Shown here in pieces: positions 1-10,017 of a stretch of 57,015 nt of DNA; position 1 is the stretch's first letter; each line of letters starts with the position of its first letter. The stretch lies in NCBI GenBank assembly GCA_902493615.1, contig CABUQK010000001.1:1-57015 (forward strand), in the 5' to 3' direction. This DNA is from an uncultured Collinsella sp. GTDB lineage: Bacteria > Actinomycetota > Coriobacteriia > Coriobacteriales > Coriobacteriaceae. A program made the translations under genes and the position numbers. The notes under the pieces were generated by a model that saw only the letters and a program-made list of their open reading frames with translations, made no database searches and was not told the origin of the DNA.

Positions 1-523
1 TCTGTTTGTGAGTGGGTGCCGTCGTGGGTGCAAGAATTGCTTTAACTCTGTTGCGTGGGACTTTGCTGCGGGCGAGCCCTTTGATCGCGCCGTCGAGGAT
101 AAGATTATCGAGAGTCTCGACCATCCCTTTATCGATGGTCTGACGATTCTGGGCGGCGAGCCTATGGAACCTGAGAATCAGGCGGGACTCGTTGATTTTG
201 TCGAGCGTGTTCGCGCGGCCTATCCATCGGGGTCGGGAAAGACTATTTGGTGCTTTACCGGCGATGTGCTCGAGGAGCTTATGCCGGGCGGTCGTCATCA
301 TACCGAGGTGACGGACCGCATCCTTGCCTGCCTCGACATGTTGGTGGACGGCCCGTTTGTTCAGGACCTGTACGATATCTCGTTGCGCTTTAGGGGCTCG
401 AGCAATCAGCGCGTGATCGATATGAACGCTACGCGCGCCCGTGCTGAGCGCGAGGGCGTTGCGCTTTGTGATGCGGTTGAACTTTGGCGTGATGATCCGG
501 TCTATTCGACCCATACTATGTAG
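1..523 (+). CDS. nrdG: Anaerobic ribonucleotide reductase activating enzyme (radical SAM), 5' end outside window
   Basis: CRRGCKNC (CxxxCxxC), GLTILGGEP, LVDGPF and FRGSSNQR motifs. Confidence 0.92.
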   Translation, partial: LFVSGCRRGCKNCFNSVAWDFAAGEPFDRAVEDKIIESLDHPFIDGLTILGGEPMEPENQAGLVDFVERVRAAYPSGSGKTIWCFTGDVLEELMPGGRHHTEVTDRILACLDMLVDGPFVQDLYDISLRFRGSSNQRVIDMNATRARAEREGVALCDAVELWRDDPVYSTHTM

Positions 524-589
524 CTTGTGGTCGATGCCGGAGGGCGTGGTACCATAGCGCGAACGTGAAATCGGAAAAGTGAGGCCCAG

Positions 590-1147
590 ATGGTCGATCA
601 GGAAAAAGTCGAGGCCGCCATTAAGCTGTTGCTTGAGGGCATAGGCGAGGACCCAACTCGTGAGGGCCTGCTGGAGACCCCGGCGCGCGTTGCCCGTATG
701 TATGGCGAGATTGCCGGCGGTATGGACCAGAGTGCCGAGGAACATCTGTCCAAAACATTTGCCGTCGCTTCGAACGATTTGGTTATCGAGCGCGACATCA
801 CGTTCTACTCGCTGTGCGAACATCATCTGCTGCCGTTTTACGGCAAGGCTGCCATTGGCTATATCCCCAACGGCCGTGTCGCAGGGCTCTCTAAGCTTGC
901 TCGCACGGTTGAGGTTTATGCCCGCCGTCTGCAGCTGCAGGAGCAGCTGTGTGCGCAGGTTGCCGACGCCCTCATGGATTATCTCGCTCCCCAGGGAGCG
1001 ATTGTGCTCATGGAAGCTGAGCATATGTGCATGACCATGCGCGGCGTGCAAAAGCCCGGCACCAAGACCGTGACGCTCGCTCGCCGCGGCGTCTTTGAGA
1101 CCGACCCCGCGCTCGAAGAGCGTTTCTTTAGGATGCTGGGACGCTAA
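590..1147 (+). CDS. folE: GTP cyclohydrolase I
   Basis: [36 protein letters not shown] motifs. Confidence 0.97.
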   Translation: MVDQEKVEAAIKLLLEGIGEDPTREGLLETPARVARMYGEIAGGMDQSAEEHLSKTFAVASNDLVIERDITFYSLCEHHLLPFYGKAAIGYIPNGRVAGLSKLARTVEVYARRLQLQEQLCAQVADALMDYLAPQGAIVLMEAEHMCMTMRGVQKPGTKTVTLARRGVFETDPALEERFFRMLGR

Positions 1148-1149
1148 CT

Positions 1150-1731
1150 ATGAGAGTCGTCAACGACTTTACATCGAATACTGACGAGGGAACGCCGCGT
1201 CGCGGTTTTATGGCTTCGGGTCTGGCGCCTTTTGGTGCCATGCCTCGCATTGATTACATCTGTGCCAACGGTCTGTTCCGGCGGCACCTGGGCAACATTG
1301 CACAGTTGGAATCGGGTCGCATCTTCTGCCGTCACGGTATTGACCATCTGCTCGATGTCGCTCGCATTATGTGGATCAAGAATCTCGAGGAAGAACTCGA
1401 ATTTGACCGCGAGGTCATCTACGCTACGGCACTTCTTCACGATATCGGCAAAGATGAACAGTATGAATCGGGTATATCCCATGATGTTGCAAGCGAGCGC
1501 GTCGCTGATGCAATACTCGCCGGCATGCCCGATGGCGTGGCGTTTGAGCCGGCCGATGCCGCAGCAATTAAGACGGCCATTCTGGGCCATCGAAAGCTGC
1601 GCGTGAACAGCCAACCGCTTGAGCGTCTGCTCTATGCAGCCGACAAAGCGTCGCGCGCCTGCTTTGCATGTCCCGCGCGCAATGCTTGCAACTGGAGCGA
1701 TGATAAAAAGAACCTGTCGATTCGCGTGTAG
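1150..1731 (+). CDS. HD-domain phosphohydrolase
   Basis: H...HLLDVAR, ALLHDIGK, AADKASR motifs; Cys-rich tail CFACPARNAC; lies between folE and folB. Confidence 0.85.
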   Translation: MRVVNDFTSNTDEGTPRRGFMASGLAPFGAMPRIDYICANGLFRRHLGNIAQLESGRIFCRHGIDHLLDVARIMWIKNLEEELEFDREVIYATALLHDIGKDEQYESGISHDVASERVADAILAGMPDGVAFEPADAAAIKTAILGHRKLRVNSQPLERLLYAADKASRACFACPARNACNWSDDKKNLSIRV

Positions 1732-1774
1732 TTAGTTTGCGCGGTCGGGGTTCTAAACGAAGGAGACGATCGCG

Positions 1775-2260
1775 ATGAGTAACAAGAAACTGCCCGAGAA
1801 TGCAACCAAGACTGAGGGTGCTGAGCTCGCCCGTCGTGGTAGGGGTGAAATTTCTACTGCGACGGCGGTGCCTCACGTGAGCTATGACGATTTGCGCCAT
1901 GCCGATCGTATTGTCATTGACGGCCTTGAGGTTTTTGCCAACCATGGCGTGTATCCCGAGGAGAACGCGCTGGGTCAGAAGTTCATCGTGTCCCTGGTGC
2001 TCTATGCCGATTTGCGCGCGGCAGGGGAGCACGATAACCTGGACGCCTCGATTGACTATGGCACGGTGTGCCACGATGTCGACGGATATCTGCGCGAGCA
2101 TACGTTTAAGCTCATCGAGGCTGCAGCCGAGGGGACAGCCCAGATGCTGCTGCGCCGCTATCCCTCGCTGCTTGGTGTGCGCATAAAGCTCGATAAGCCG
2201 TGGGCTCCTGTTGGCCTGCCCCTGGCAAGTTGCGGTGTCGAGATCGAGCGCGTGCGCTAA
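1775..2260 (+). CDS. folB: Dihydroneopterin aldolase with N-terminal extension
   Basis: FANHGVYPEE..LGQKF, SIDYG, FKLIE, KPWAP; SD AAGGAG upstream. Confidence 0.93.
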   Translation: MSNKKLPENATKTEGAELARRGRGEISTATAVPHVSYDDLRHADRIVIDGLEVFANHGVYPEENALGQKFIVSLVLYADLRAAGEHDNLDASIDYGTVCHDVDGYLREHTFKLIEAAAEGTAQMLLRRYPSLLGVRIKLDKPWAPVGLPLASCGVEIERVR

Positions 2261-2266
2261 CCGGTT

Positions 2267-3076
2267 CTAATACGTCTCTATGGGTGGCTGCTTGAGCCGC
2301 TGCGACAGAGCTCTATTGTTGGGGCAGTACGTGTCGAGCAGGGCGTGAAACCGCTGATTGTGGCTTGGCTCGAGCAAGTGGACGAGCTCGTGGGCGACAA
2401 CCATGTCGAGACACTCGATGGGATAGGCGGCGAGCTCGCGTGCGATGCGAATGGCTCCGGTCTTGGGCGTGCATGAGCCCCAACGCGTTTTCATGCTGCG
2501 CACGGAAACGCGGGCCACGGTGACGCCCATTGCGATTTCGTACGCGTGCACGATGTCGCGTAGCGCTGCGGTGACCTCGGTCGTATAAAGCTGGCTGATG
2601 TGGGCTTGGAGCTCATCGGACGTCAGGCCGTCGAGGGTTGCGCGCCGCTTGGCCTGTGGGCGTTCGTTCGATTTGTCGGCACCCATAAAACTTGCGAAGG
2701 TGGCCTGCTTGGGCCGCGGTGCGGGTGATGCAAAGTTGCGATCGAGTGCGTCCTGTACCGTGATGGGCATGCCCCAAAGTGCAATGATGGACGAGGGGCT
2801 GAGCGGCTCTCGTGCCGTCGCCTGACGTTGCTCGCGCTGGGCAAGTCGACTGATAATCCAGGCGCTGTTGCGCTTCACAAACGCTTCGATACGCTCGCGG
2901 CTGGCGCCGAGCGGTGCACTGGCGTGGACCTCACCGCTCGATGTGACGCGTAGGTTGAAGTTCTTGACGCGCTTTTTGGTAACGACGACGGGGATGGGCG
3001 TCCCATCCGGTCGGGATACAGAAATCGTAAACTGCTGCGTCAAAAGCGGTCCTTCAGATTGGGGACGGGCCGGCAT
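2267..3076 (-). CDS. YgjP/DUF45-type zinc metallopeptidase-like protein
   Basis: MKTRWGSC and VVAHELVHLLEPSHNQRF (HExxH) motifs; start uncertain. Confidence 0.85.
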   Translation of the reverse strand: MPARPQSEGPLLTQQFTISVSRPDGTPIPVVVTKKRVKNFNLRVTSSGEVHASAPLGASRERIEAFVKRNSAWIISRLAQREQRQATAREPLSPSSIIALWGMPITVQDALDRNFASPAPRPKQATFASFMGADKSNERPQAKRRATLDGLTSDELQAHISQLYTTEVTAALRDIVHAYEIAMGVTVARVSVRSMKTRWGSCTPKTGAIRIARELAAYPIECLDMVVAHELVHLLEPSHNQRFHALLDTYCPNNRALSQRLKQPPIETY

Positions 3077-3117
3077 GCCGACCGTTCGGCATACCGGCCC
3101 GCTCAAGGGATGTGAAA

Positions 3118-4131
3118 TTAATAACGCTCAAAGAAGGCAAGCGCGTTGTCGCTGCAGAGCTTCTGCATCACGGTCTTGCCAAAGTGCTTGGAAAGCATGT
3201 TCTGGAACTCGGGCATCTTGCTGGCATCGGAGAGGAAAGCGGGCACCGTGGCGCCGTCCCAGTCGCCGCCGAGCGCGATGACGTCCTCGCCGCCCAGGTC
3301 GAGCCAGTGCTCGATATGTGCCGCCAGCTGGTCGAAGGTGACGTCTGCGGCGGTCTTGTCGGTTGCGTCGTTGGAAAGGAACTCGCTGCAGTAGTTGAGG
3401 CCGACGATGCCGCCCATGTCGCGAATGGTGCGGAACTGGTCGTCGGTGAGGTTGCGCTTGACGCCGCAGACGGTGCGGGAGTTAGAGTGGCTGGCGACGA
3501 AGGGGCGCGTGGCGTGGGCGACAACCTCGTCAAAGCACTCATCGTTGAGGTGGGAGACGTCGAGTACCATGCCGGCGTGCTCCATCTGCGTAAGTGCCTC
3601 GATGCCGGCGGCGGTGAGGCCGGCGTGGGTATCGTGCCCGCTCGCGAGCGGTCCCTGCGCGTTCCAGCTGAGTGACGACATAAGCACGCCCAAGCTCTTG
3701 AGCACCTCGATCAGCGCGGGGTCCTCGGCAAAGAACGTGGCGTTTTCGATGGTGTGGATGCAGGCGACCTTGCCGTCCTTGAGCGCGGGGCGAATGTCTG
3801 CGGCGCTGCGTACGTTGACCATGCGGTCGTGGTTGAGCATTGCCTGGCCGCTCATATGCGCCATGATTTGCGCCTGGAAGCGCGCGGCGTGGGCGGTGGG
3901 AATCTCGTCGGGGACAAACGTGGCGAAGCACTGTGCCCACGGCGTGTTTCCGATCTTTGCGAGCGAGATGGCGCAGGCGTTGCCCTCGATGAGGTCGAAA
4001 TCTTGCGGATGCGTTTCGTCGCCGGGGAAATAACCGTCGGTGCCGGCGGTAAAGCGCAGGTCGAGATCGAGTGTGGCCCAGCCGATGCGGTCAGCGGTGT
4101 CGCAGTGTAGGTCAAATACGGGATATGCCAT
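3118..4131 (-). CDS. Membrane dipeptidase family (peptidase M19)
   Basis: DLHCDT, DVSHL, ASHSN, RNLTD, LGGDWDG; SD GGAGG before ATG 4131. Confidence 0.9.
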   Translation of the reverse strand: MAYPVFDLHCDTADRIGWATLDLDLRFTAGTDGYFPGDETHPQDFDLIEGNACAISLAKIGNTPWAQCFATFVPDEIPTAHAARFQAQIMAHMSGQAMLNHDRMVNVRSAADIRPALKDGKVACIHTIENATFFAEDPALIEVLKSLGVLMSSLSWNAQGPLASGHDTHAGLTAAGIEALTQMEHAGMVLDVSHLNDECFDEVVAHATRPFVASHSNSRTVCGVKRNLTDDQFRTIRDMGGIVGLNYCSEFLSNDATDKTAADVTFDQLAAHIEHWLDLGGEDVIALGGDWDGATVPAFLSDASKMPEFQNMLSKHFGKTVMQKLCSDNALAFFERY

Positions 4132-4251
4132 GGTTCCTCCGGTTGCAGCGTTTCTTTGCAAACTGTCATTGAATTGTATGACTAGGGTATAGTTAGCGCC
4201 ATATGTTCATGGCGGCCCGCGTTGTGCGCCGCCCTTATTACGGAGGTTACC

Positions 4252-4680
4252 ATGTCCAACCAGGGCAAGAAGGTCAAGACCCATTATCGCGGCACGCTCG
4301 ATGACGGCACGCAGTTCGATAGCTCCTACGATCGCGGCGAGCCGCTGGAGTTCACCTGCGGCGCCGGTCAGATGATCAAGGGCTTTGACGCCGCTGTTGT
4401 CGACATGCAGGTGGGCGAGAAGAAGACCGTGCACATTCCTGCTGCCGATGCCTACGGCGAGCACAACCCTGAGATGGTTATTACCTTCCCGGCCGAGCAG
4501 GTTCCCAACATCGAGCAGATTGAGAAGGGCATGAAGCTCTTCCTGTCCACGCCGAGCGGCATGCCTGTCCCCGCCGTCGTCATTGACGTGACGCCCGAGG
4601 CCGTGACGCTCGACGCTAACCACGAGCTTGCCGGCAAGGACCTCAACTTTGATATCGAGCTCGTCGAGGTCGAGGACTAG
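4252..4680 (+). CDS. FKBP-type peptidyl-prolyl isomerase, SlyD/SlpA-like, no His-rich tail
   Basis: HYRGTLDDGTQFDSS, AYG, DANHELAGKDLNF; SD GGAGG. Confidence 0.92.
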   Translation: MSNQGKKVKTHYRGTLDDGTQFDSSYDRGEPLEFTCGAGQMIKGFDAAVVDMQVGEKKTVHIPAADAYGEHNPEMVITFPAEQVPNIEQIEKGMKLFLSTPSGMPVPAVVIDVTPEAVTLDANHELAGKDLNFDIELVEVED

Positions 4681-4683
4681 GCT

Positions 4684-5262
4684 ATGCCTGCGAATCTGGT
4701 TTCGACAGCGTGCCTCGGAAATCTCAACGACCCGTCCTATGAGCTTTTGCTTCGCCGGGAGCTGGGCGGTGTCTTTGGGGTCGATGAGCTACTGCTCGAT
4801 TGGGACCAGGCTGATGTATGCGCGTTTGTGGGCGTGACGGAGCTGGGGCGCACGGTCGATGTTCGGCTGGATGTTACCGACGGTGGTCGTCTTGCCGACG
4901 GCGACGTGCTCGCCATTGACCGTTCGGGCGTGGTGCCCGTGGCGGTTGTCGTGCGCCTGCGCAGCGCCGAGGTTTATTTGGTCGAAGTCGACCGCATGGA
5001 TCCGATTGCGCTCGCGCATGCGTGCTGGGAGATCGGCAACATGCATGCGCCGCTCTTCCGGGGCGACTCGGACGAGCACACCGTGCGCATGTATACGCCG
5101 GTGCAGCCTGTTTTGGGCCGCATACTCCGGGGTGTCGAGGGTGTCCGGCTCTCGGTGGTTACCCGTGAACTCGATGCGGACCGGCGCTTTGCGTCGAGTG
5201 CGGCGGAGGTCGTCGTGAGCATGGCTCCCGACTTTACCATCGTAAAAAAGACGCGCGGCTAA
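4684..5262 (+). CDS. UreE-like metallochaperone
   Basis: TELGRTV, LADGDVL and CWEIGNMHAP resemble UreE N-domain and GNxH motif. Confidence 0.7.
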   Translation: MPANLVSTACLGNLNDPSYELLLRRELGGVFGVDELLLDWDQADVCAFVGVTELGRTVDVRLDVTDGGRLADGDVLAIDRSGVVPVAVVVRLRSAEVYLVEVDRMDPIALAHACWEIGNMHAPLFRGDSDEHTVRMYTPVQPVLGRILRGVEGVRLSVVTRELDADRRFASSAAEVVVSMAPDFTIVKKTRG

Positions 5263-5345
5263 GCGCGCGTATGCGCAAGACGGGCTTTGAGGGATTGCCA
5301 TTCAAAGTCCGTCTTGCTGTTGATGAGAGGCTTTGGGGGAAGCAT

Positions 5346-6143
5346 ATGGGTCTTGAGGGAATCAAGCTGATTGCATGCGATTTGGACGGCACGTTGCTGC
5401 ATCCGGGGGAACGCGAGCCGCGTTCCGAGGCCTTTGAGCTTATCGATGAGCTGCATCGTCGCGGTATCGTGTTTATGCCGGCGAGTGGCCGTCAATATGC
5501 GAGTCTGCGCCACCTATTTGCCCCGGTGGCCGATGAGCTCGCCTATGTATGCGAAAACGGAGCCCTGGTGATGAGTGAGGGGCGTGCCGTTGTCAAGCGT
5601 TCCATGGAGCGTGGCCTTGCTATGGATATCGCGAATGCTGTGGTTGCGTATCCCCATGCCGACGTGACCCTTTCGTGTGAGGGACACCTCTACACCATGA
5701 GCGGCAACGATGCGTTCGTCGACCATTTGCGCTATGAGGTCCACTGCGATGTGGCGGTGGTCGACCGTCCTGAGGACATCGACGAGGACGTCATTAAGAT
5801 TGCCTTCCAGACGCCCGAGGTGGATCAGCCGGCGGCCCTGGAGTATTTTGAGCGCCTCTTTAGCGACCGTGTCGACGTGATGACGTCGGGAACCGAGTGG
5901 ACGGACTTTATCGGCTTTGGTTCGGGCAAGGGTTCCGCGCTTGCCGATTACGGTCGTGCCCTGGGAATTTCGCCCGACGAGATGATGGCGTTTGGCGATA
6001 ACGAAAACGACCGCGACATGCTCAACGTCGTGGGCCATCCTTATCTAATGGAGAGCTGCAATCCCTCTATGCGTGGCATCAACGACCGCGTCCGCTACGT
6101 GCGCACGGTCGAAGAAGAACTGCGCCGCCTGCTCGCCGAGTAG
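5346..6143 (+). CDS. Cof-type HAD-IIB hydrolase
   Basis: DLDGTL, ASGR, KG, FGDNEND motifs. Confidence 0.92.
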   Translation: MGLEGIKLIACDLDGTLLHPGEREPRSEAFELIDELHRRGIVFMPASGRQYASLRHLFAPVADELAYVCENGALVMSEGRAVVKRSMERGLAMDIANAVVAYPHADVTLSCEGHLYTMSGNDAFVDHLRYEVHCDVAVVDRPEDIDEDVIKIAFQTPEVDQPAALEYFERLFSDRVDVMTSGTEWTDFIGFGSGKGSALADYGRALGISPDEMMAFGDNENDRDMLNVVGHPYLMESCNPSMRGINDRVRYVRTVEEELRRLLAE

Positions 6144-6219
6144 ATATATGTGGCATGCCTAGGAATCTCTTTTTGCTGCAGAGTGCAGAAAGGTGGATTT
6201 TAAGGCATGTCCCGAACAT

Positions 6220-6600
6220 CTACCGGCAGTCGGGGCAGAGACCCTCGAAGATGGTGTAGTGCGACGTGCCGTGCCAGCCGATTTGCTCGGATGCCTTGGC
6301 GTCGAGTTGGGCATCGAAGGGGAGCGGTACGTCGATGACGCGGCTGCACGAGGTGCAGATGATATGCGCATGCGGCTCGATCGTGCGATCGAAGCGGCTG
6401 CCGCCCGGCGTCTTGATGGAGAGGATCTCGCCGGCGTCGGCCAAGAGATTGAGGTTGCGGTAGACCGTGCCGCGGCTGATTTTGTCATCCTGCGCGCGCA
6501 CGACGTTGTAGATTTCGTCGGCGGTGGGATGGTTATAGCTTTGGCGCACGGCGTCAAGAACCAGCTTTCGCTGCCTGGTATTCCTTCTTTGCACCGCCAT
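6220..6600 (-). CDS. Fur/PerR-family transcriptional regulator
   Basis: TRQR, HPTADEIY, TVYRNL, HAHIICTSC, GLCPDC. Confidence 0.92.
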   Translation of the reverse strand: MAVQRRNTRQRKLVLDAVRQSYNHPTADEIYNVVRAQDDKISRGTVYRNLNLLADAGEILSIKTPGGSRFDRTIEPHAHIICTSCSRVIDVPLPFDAQLDAKASEQIGWHGTSHYTIFEGLCPDCR

Positions 6601-6661
6601 GCGCCTCGCCTCTTTTCTGTCAACGGTCGTAGGTAAATGATACCGTATTTAGCACACAATA

Positions 6662-7072
6662 CTAATAACGAGGCGTGAAACCGTCTTCATTGGCAAGTGG
6701 GGCTCGGGCCTGGGCGTCTACGAGGCGAAAACGCGTTCCCATACGCTCGTAGGAGGCATGAAGCGCCTCGAGATAAGATAGGATATTTGCCGGACCCCCC
6801 TGTATCTCCATCTCGACTGAGCCGTCTTCCATGTTACGCACCCAGCCGGTGAGCGCGCGTGCCTGCGCGAGGTTGGTGTTGGTAAAGCGAAAGCCAACGC
6901 CCTGGACTTGCCCCGCCCAGCGCAGGAAATAGCGCAGGGGAGTGTCTTGAGTGGCCTCGTCGCTTGCGAGCACAGTAAGCCTGCGGCGCAGCTCGAGCTC
7001 GACGTTTGATGGTTTTTGAGGCTCTCGACTGCCGCCGGTGACGCTGGAGAAGAACGTATCGAAGAGACCCAT
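6662..7072 (-). CDS. Acylphosphatase with N-terminal extension
   Basis: GQVQGVGFR and GWVRNMEDGSVE motifs. Confidence 0.88.
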   Translation of the reverse strand: MGLFDTFFSSVTGGSREPQKPSNVELELRRRLTVLASDEATQDTPLRYFLRWAGQVQGVGFRFTNTNLAQARALTGWVRNMEDGSVEMEIQGGPANILSYLEALHASYERMGTRFRLVDAQARAPLANEDGFTPRY

Positions 7073-7074
7073 AG

Positions 7075-8181
7075 CTATGCCTGCTTGCCTGCGTCGGCTG
7101 GGAAGGTTATGCCGGCCTGCTGGCGCACGGCATCCATGATGCGCAGTGAGACGAGTGTGACATCGCGGTAGTGGCCAAGCTCGTGGCGTCCCGCCGGGGT
7201 CTCCCAAATCTCTTCCTTAACGTTATCGATGCCGCCGATGGCGGTGATAAAGTCTGTGAGTTCGTATTCCATAGTGTTGCTCGATTTGGGCAGGTCGAGC
7301 ACGCGGCCGTTGTCTCCCTGTTCGCGCGGTGCCTCGGTCGCCGAGCCGCGTACGACGTCGCCGCGATAGTCGATGCGGACGTTGCGGGGCGTGGACAGAT
7401 GGTCGATCTGGATAGTGCCACGCTCGCCTTCGATCTGCGAGGGCAACAGGTCGTTCGTAATTTTGGAGTGCGCGAGCTCGACGGAGATACGGCCACCGCC
7501 GTAGCTGGCGAGGATGGAACCGCAGCCATCGATGGGGCCGTGCGTGAGCTGTCGCGTGGTGGGATCGAGCAGAGTGGTCATGCTCGTAAGGCCGGAGGGC
7601 ATGCCAAAGATCTCGACCATGGGCTCGACGGTATAGACGCCAATGTCCATGAGGGAACCCGATGCCATATTGCAGTCGAAGATATTGGTGGCGCGTCCCG
7701 CGAGAATCTCGTTGTAGCGCGAGGAATACTTGCCAAAGCGCAATGAGGCGCGGCGGATGGGGGCGATCTCGCCCAGGGCGTCCTCGATGGCGTGGAAGGC
7801 GGGATCGTGGAGGGGACGCATGGCCTCGAGGGCCACGACACCTGCTGCCTCGGCAGCGCGGAAGACTTCCAGCGCCTGCGCTTCGGTGGCGCAGAAGGGT
7901 TTCTCGACGATGACGTGCTTGCCACCGGCGATGCAGGCAAGGGCCTGCTCGTAGTGGAGCGCATTGGGGCTGCCGATGTAGACGGCGTCGACGTCGTCGG
8001 CGGACGCAAGCTCGTCAAGTGCGGTGAAGTTACGCTCGCCGCCGTGTTCGGCGGTAAAGGCGGCGCCGCGCTCGGCATCGCGCGAGAGCGTGCCCACAAA
8101 CGCGGCTTGGTCGTTGGCGTTGACGACCTGGATAAAGTCGTCGGTAATCATGGATGTGCCGATGGTCGCTATACGCAGCAT
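7075..8181 (-). CDS. Gfo/Idh/MocA oxidoreductase
   Basis: DAVYIGSPNALH, KHVIVEKP, GSLMDIGVY. Confidence 0.92.
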   Translation of the reverse strand: MLRIATIGTSMITDDFIQVVNANDQAAFVGTLSRDAERGAAFTAEHGGERNFTALDELASADDVDAVYIGSPNALHYEQALACIAGGKHVIVEKPFCATEAQALEVFRAAEAAGVVALEAMRPLHDPAFHAIEDALGEIAPIRRASLRFGKYSSRYNEILAGRATNIFDCNMASGSLMDIGVYTVEPMVEIFGMPSGLTSMTTLLDPTTRQLTHGPIDGCGSILASYGGGRISVELAHSKITNDLLPSQIEGERGTIQIDHLSTPRNVRIDYRGDVVRGSATEAPREQGDNGRVLDLPKSSNTMEYELTDFITAIGGIDNVKEEIWETPAGRHELGHYRDVTLVSLRIMDAVRQQAGITFPADAGKQA

Positions 8182-8256
8182 GTATCCCCCTCGTGCCGTT
8201 CGGTTTACAGGATGAGTGTAGCGCGAGGGGGCAGGAAATAGCGTGCGAAAACGCCG

Positions 8257-8742
8257 TTACAGGTCGCTCTCGTTAAAGCCGGTATCGATATCGAGGTTGC
8301 TGCCGTCGGCCGCCGTGGTGGCGAGCTCATCGCAGCGCTCGTTGAGCTCGTGGCCGGCGTGACCCTTAACCCAGATGAACTCAACCTTGTGCTTGCTTTT
8401 GGCGGTGAGTAGGCGCTCCCACAGGTCGCGGTTCTTGACGGGCTGCTTGTTGGCGGTTTTCCATCCGCGCTTTTTCCAGCCGTCGATCCAGTGCTTGTTA
8501 AAGGCGTTGACGACGTACTGCGAATCGGAATGGACCTCGACCTCGCAGGGGCGGTTGAGTGCCTCGAGCGCCACGATGACCGCCATGAGCTCCATGCGGT
8601 TGTTGGTGGTCTTGGCGTAGCCGCGCGAAAGCTCGGAGGTGAAGGTCTTGCCGGCGGGGTTGGTGTATTTGAGCACGGCGCCGTAGCCGCCGCGTCCCGG
8701 ATTTGATCGGGCCGAGCCGTCGGTATAGATGATGACCTTCAC
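8257..8742 (-). CDS. rnhA: Ribonuclease HI
   Basis: [41 protein letters not shown] start after GAAAGGA. Confidence 0.96.
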   Translation of the reverse strand: MKVIIYTDGSARSNPGRGGYGAVLKYTNPAGKTFTSELSRGYAKTTNNRMELMAVIVALEALNRPCEVEVHSDSQYVVNAFNKHWIDGWKKRGWKTANKQPVKNRDLWERLLTAKSKHKVEFIWVKGHAGHELNERCDELATTAADGSNLDIDTGFNESDL

Positions 8743-8841
8743 GGGCTTCCTTTCGTTGGGTACGTTTCGTGTGAGTGACCATTGTAGCGCCATGCCCGCC
8801 GGGGGCTAGCAATCTACGATTTCTACCCCGTCTTCCGACAG

Positions 8842-9744
8842 TTAGTTGGCATGGATGATGCGGTTGAGCTCGTCGAGGTATTGCTGCAAGAGGGGAGAGG
8901 GCTTGCGCTCGTCGTGCATGATATAGCCTACGTGCATCGTTGGGGCGTCTGCTAACGGGATCGATGCCATACCCCATTGCATTTCATTGGAGAGGACACC
9001 GGTCGACAGGGTGTAGCCGTTCGACGTGATAAGTAAGTTAGTAAGTGTTCCGCGGTCCGAGATTCGTATGTTGCGGTCGCAAGGGATATAGCTAAAAGGT
9101 TCCTCGGCGTAATAGAAGGAGTTTGAGGTTCCCTGCTCAAAGCTGTAGCGCGTATATGGTGTGAGGTCGGCAAGGGACAGCTGCGGGCGGCGGGCAAGCG
9201 GGTGGCGCTCGCTAACGAAGACGTGGACCGTCGCGTTGAATAGGGGATGGAAGCTCGCGCGCGCATCGGCAAAAGCCTTCTGCAGAACGCGGGCGTTAAA
9301 GTCGTCCAGATAGAGGATGCCGATGTCGCTGCGAAATGCGCGGACGTCATCGATGATCTGCGATGTGGTGGTCTCGCGCATGATGAACTCGAACTTGCTG
9401 TCGCGGCAGCGCTCGACTACGTTGACAAAGGCCTCGACCGAAAAGGCGTAGTGCTGGGCGGAAATGGCGAGGCGGGCTTGCGGGGTACCGCCGTCCTCGT
9501 AGCGGGCCTCGAGCATGTCGGCCTGCTCTACGACCTGGCGTGCATAACCCAAAAGCTCGGTGCCGTCGTTGGTGAGCGTGACGCCGCGGCTGGAGCGCGT
9601 AAAGATCTCCAGATTGAGTTCCTGTTCCAGGCTTTTGACGGCGTTTGAGATGTTGGACTGAGCGGTATAGAGGCGCTGAGCTGCGGCGTTAATTGAGCCG
9701 GATTCTGCCACGGCGATAAGAAAGCGAAGCTGCTGGAGGGTCAT
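8842..9744 (-). CDS. LysR-family regulator resembling streptococcal CpsY/MtaR/MetR
   Basis: N-terminal HTH; YARQVVEQ and SAQHYAF motifs; divergent from metY. Confidence 0.9.
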   Translation of the reverse strand: MTLQQLRFLIAVAESGSINAAAQRLYTAQSNISNAVKSLEQELNLEIFTRSSRGVTLTNDGTELLGYARQVVEQADMLEARYEDGGTPQARLAISAQHYAFSVEAFVNVVERCRDSKFEFIMRETTTSQIIDDVRAFRSDIGILYLDDFNARVLQKAFADARASFHPLFNATVHVFVSERHPLARRPQLSLADLTPYTRYSFEQGTSNSFYYAEEPFSYIPCDRNIRISDRGTLTNLLITSNGYTLSTGVLSNEMQWGMASIPLADAPTMHVGYIMHDERKPSPLLQQYLDELNRIIHAN

Positions 9745-9766
9745 CGGCGCCCGTCCTTTCGATAGC

Positions 9767-9783
9767 TATCTAAAAAACCGATA
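9767..9783. promoter_or_regulatory. Candidate LysR operator
   Basis: 17-bp dyad TATC-N9-GATA between lysR start and the metY promoter. Confidence 0.55.
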
Positions 9784-9805
9784 ACAGGTTAGCGCTTTTA
9801 AGTGA

Positions 9806-9834
9806 TTGACCGAGGGAAACAATGCTCGTACTAT
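9806..9834 (+). promoter_or_regulatory. Sigma-70-type promoter of metY
   Basis: TTGACC-N17-TACTAT. Confidence 0.75.
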
Positions 9835-9902
9835 TCAAAACACACAAAGGCGGTAGGTAATTAAGCCAACCACGGAACCGGGATGCGAAAGGAGGCCCGC
9901 AT

Positions 9903-9956
9903 ATGAATTGCTTACCAAGACGAATGCCGGGCTCCTGTTTGCGCCCGTCGGCGTGA
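9903..9956 (+). CDS. Putative leader peptide MNCLPRRMPGSCLRPSA
   Basis: Strong SD AAAGGAGG upstream of ATG; 2 Met and 2 Cys codons; in the metY 5' leader. Confidence 0.5.
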   Translation: MNCLPRRMPGSCLRPSA

Positions 9957-10017
9957 TCAGGAGACAGCGACTTACTTCTCTCTTTTTATTTACTTTTGTT
10001 CGATCAAGGAGATCATC

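Noticed and set aside
3067..3100. Palindrome GGGCCGGCATGCCG/CGGCATACCGGCCC as a repeat element
   Set aside because: Single copy in the window, directly after the dipeptidase stop; most simply a terminator-like hairpin.
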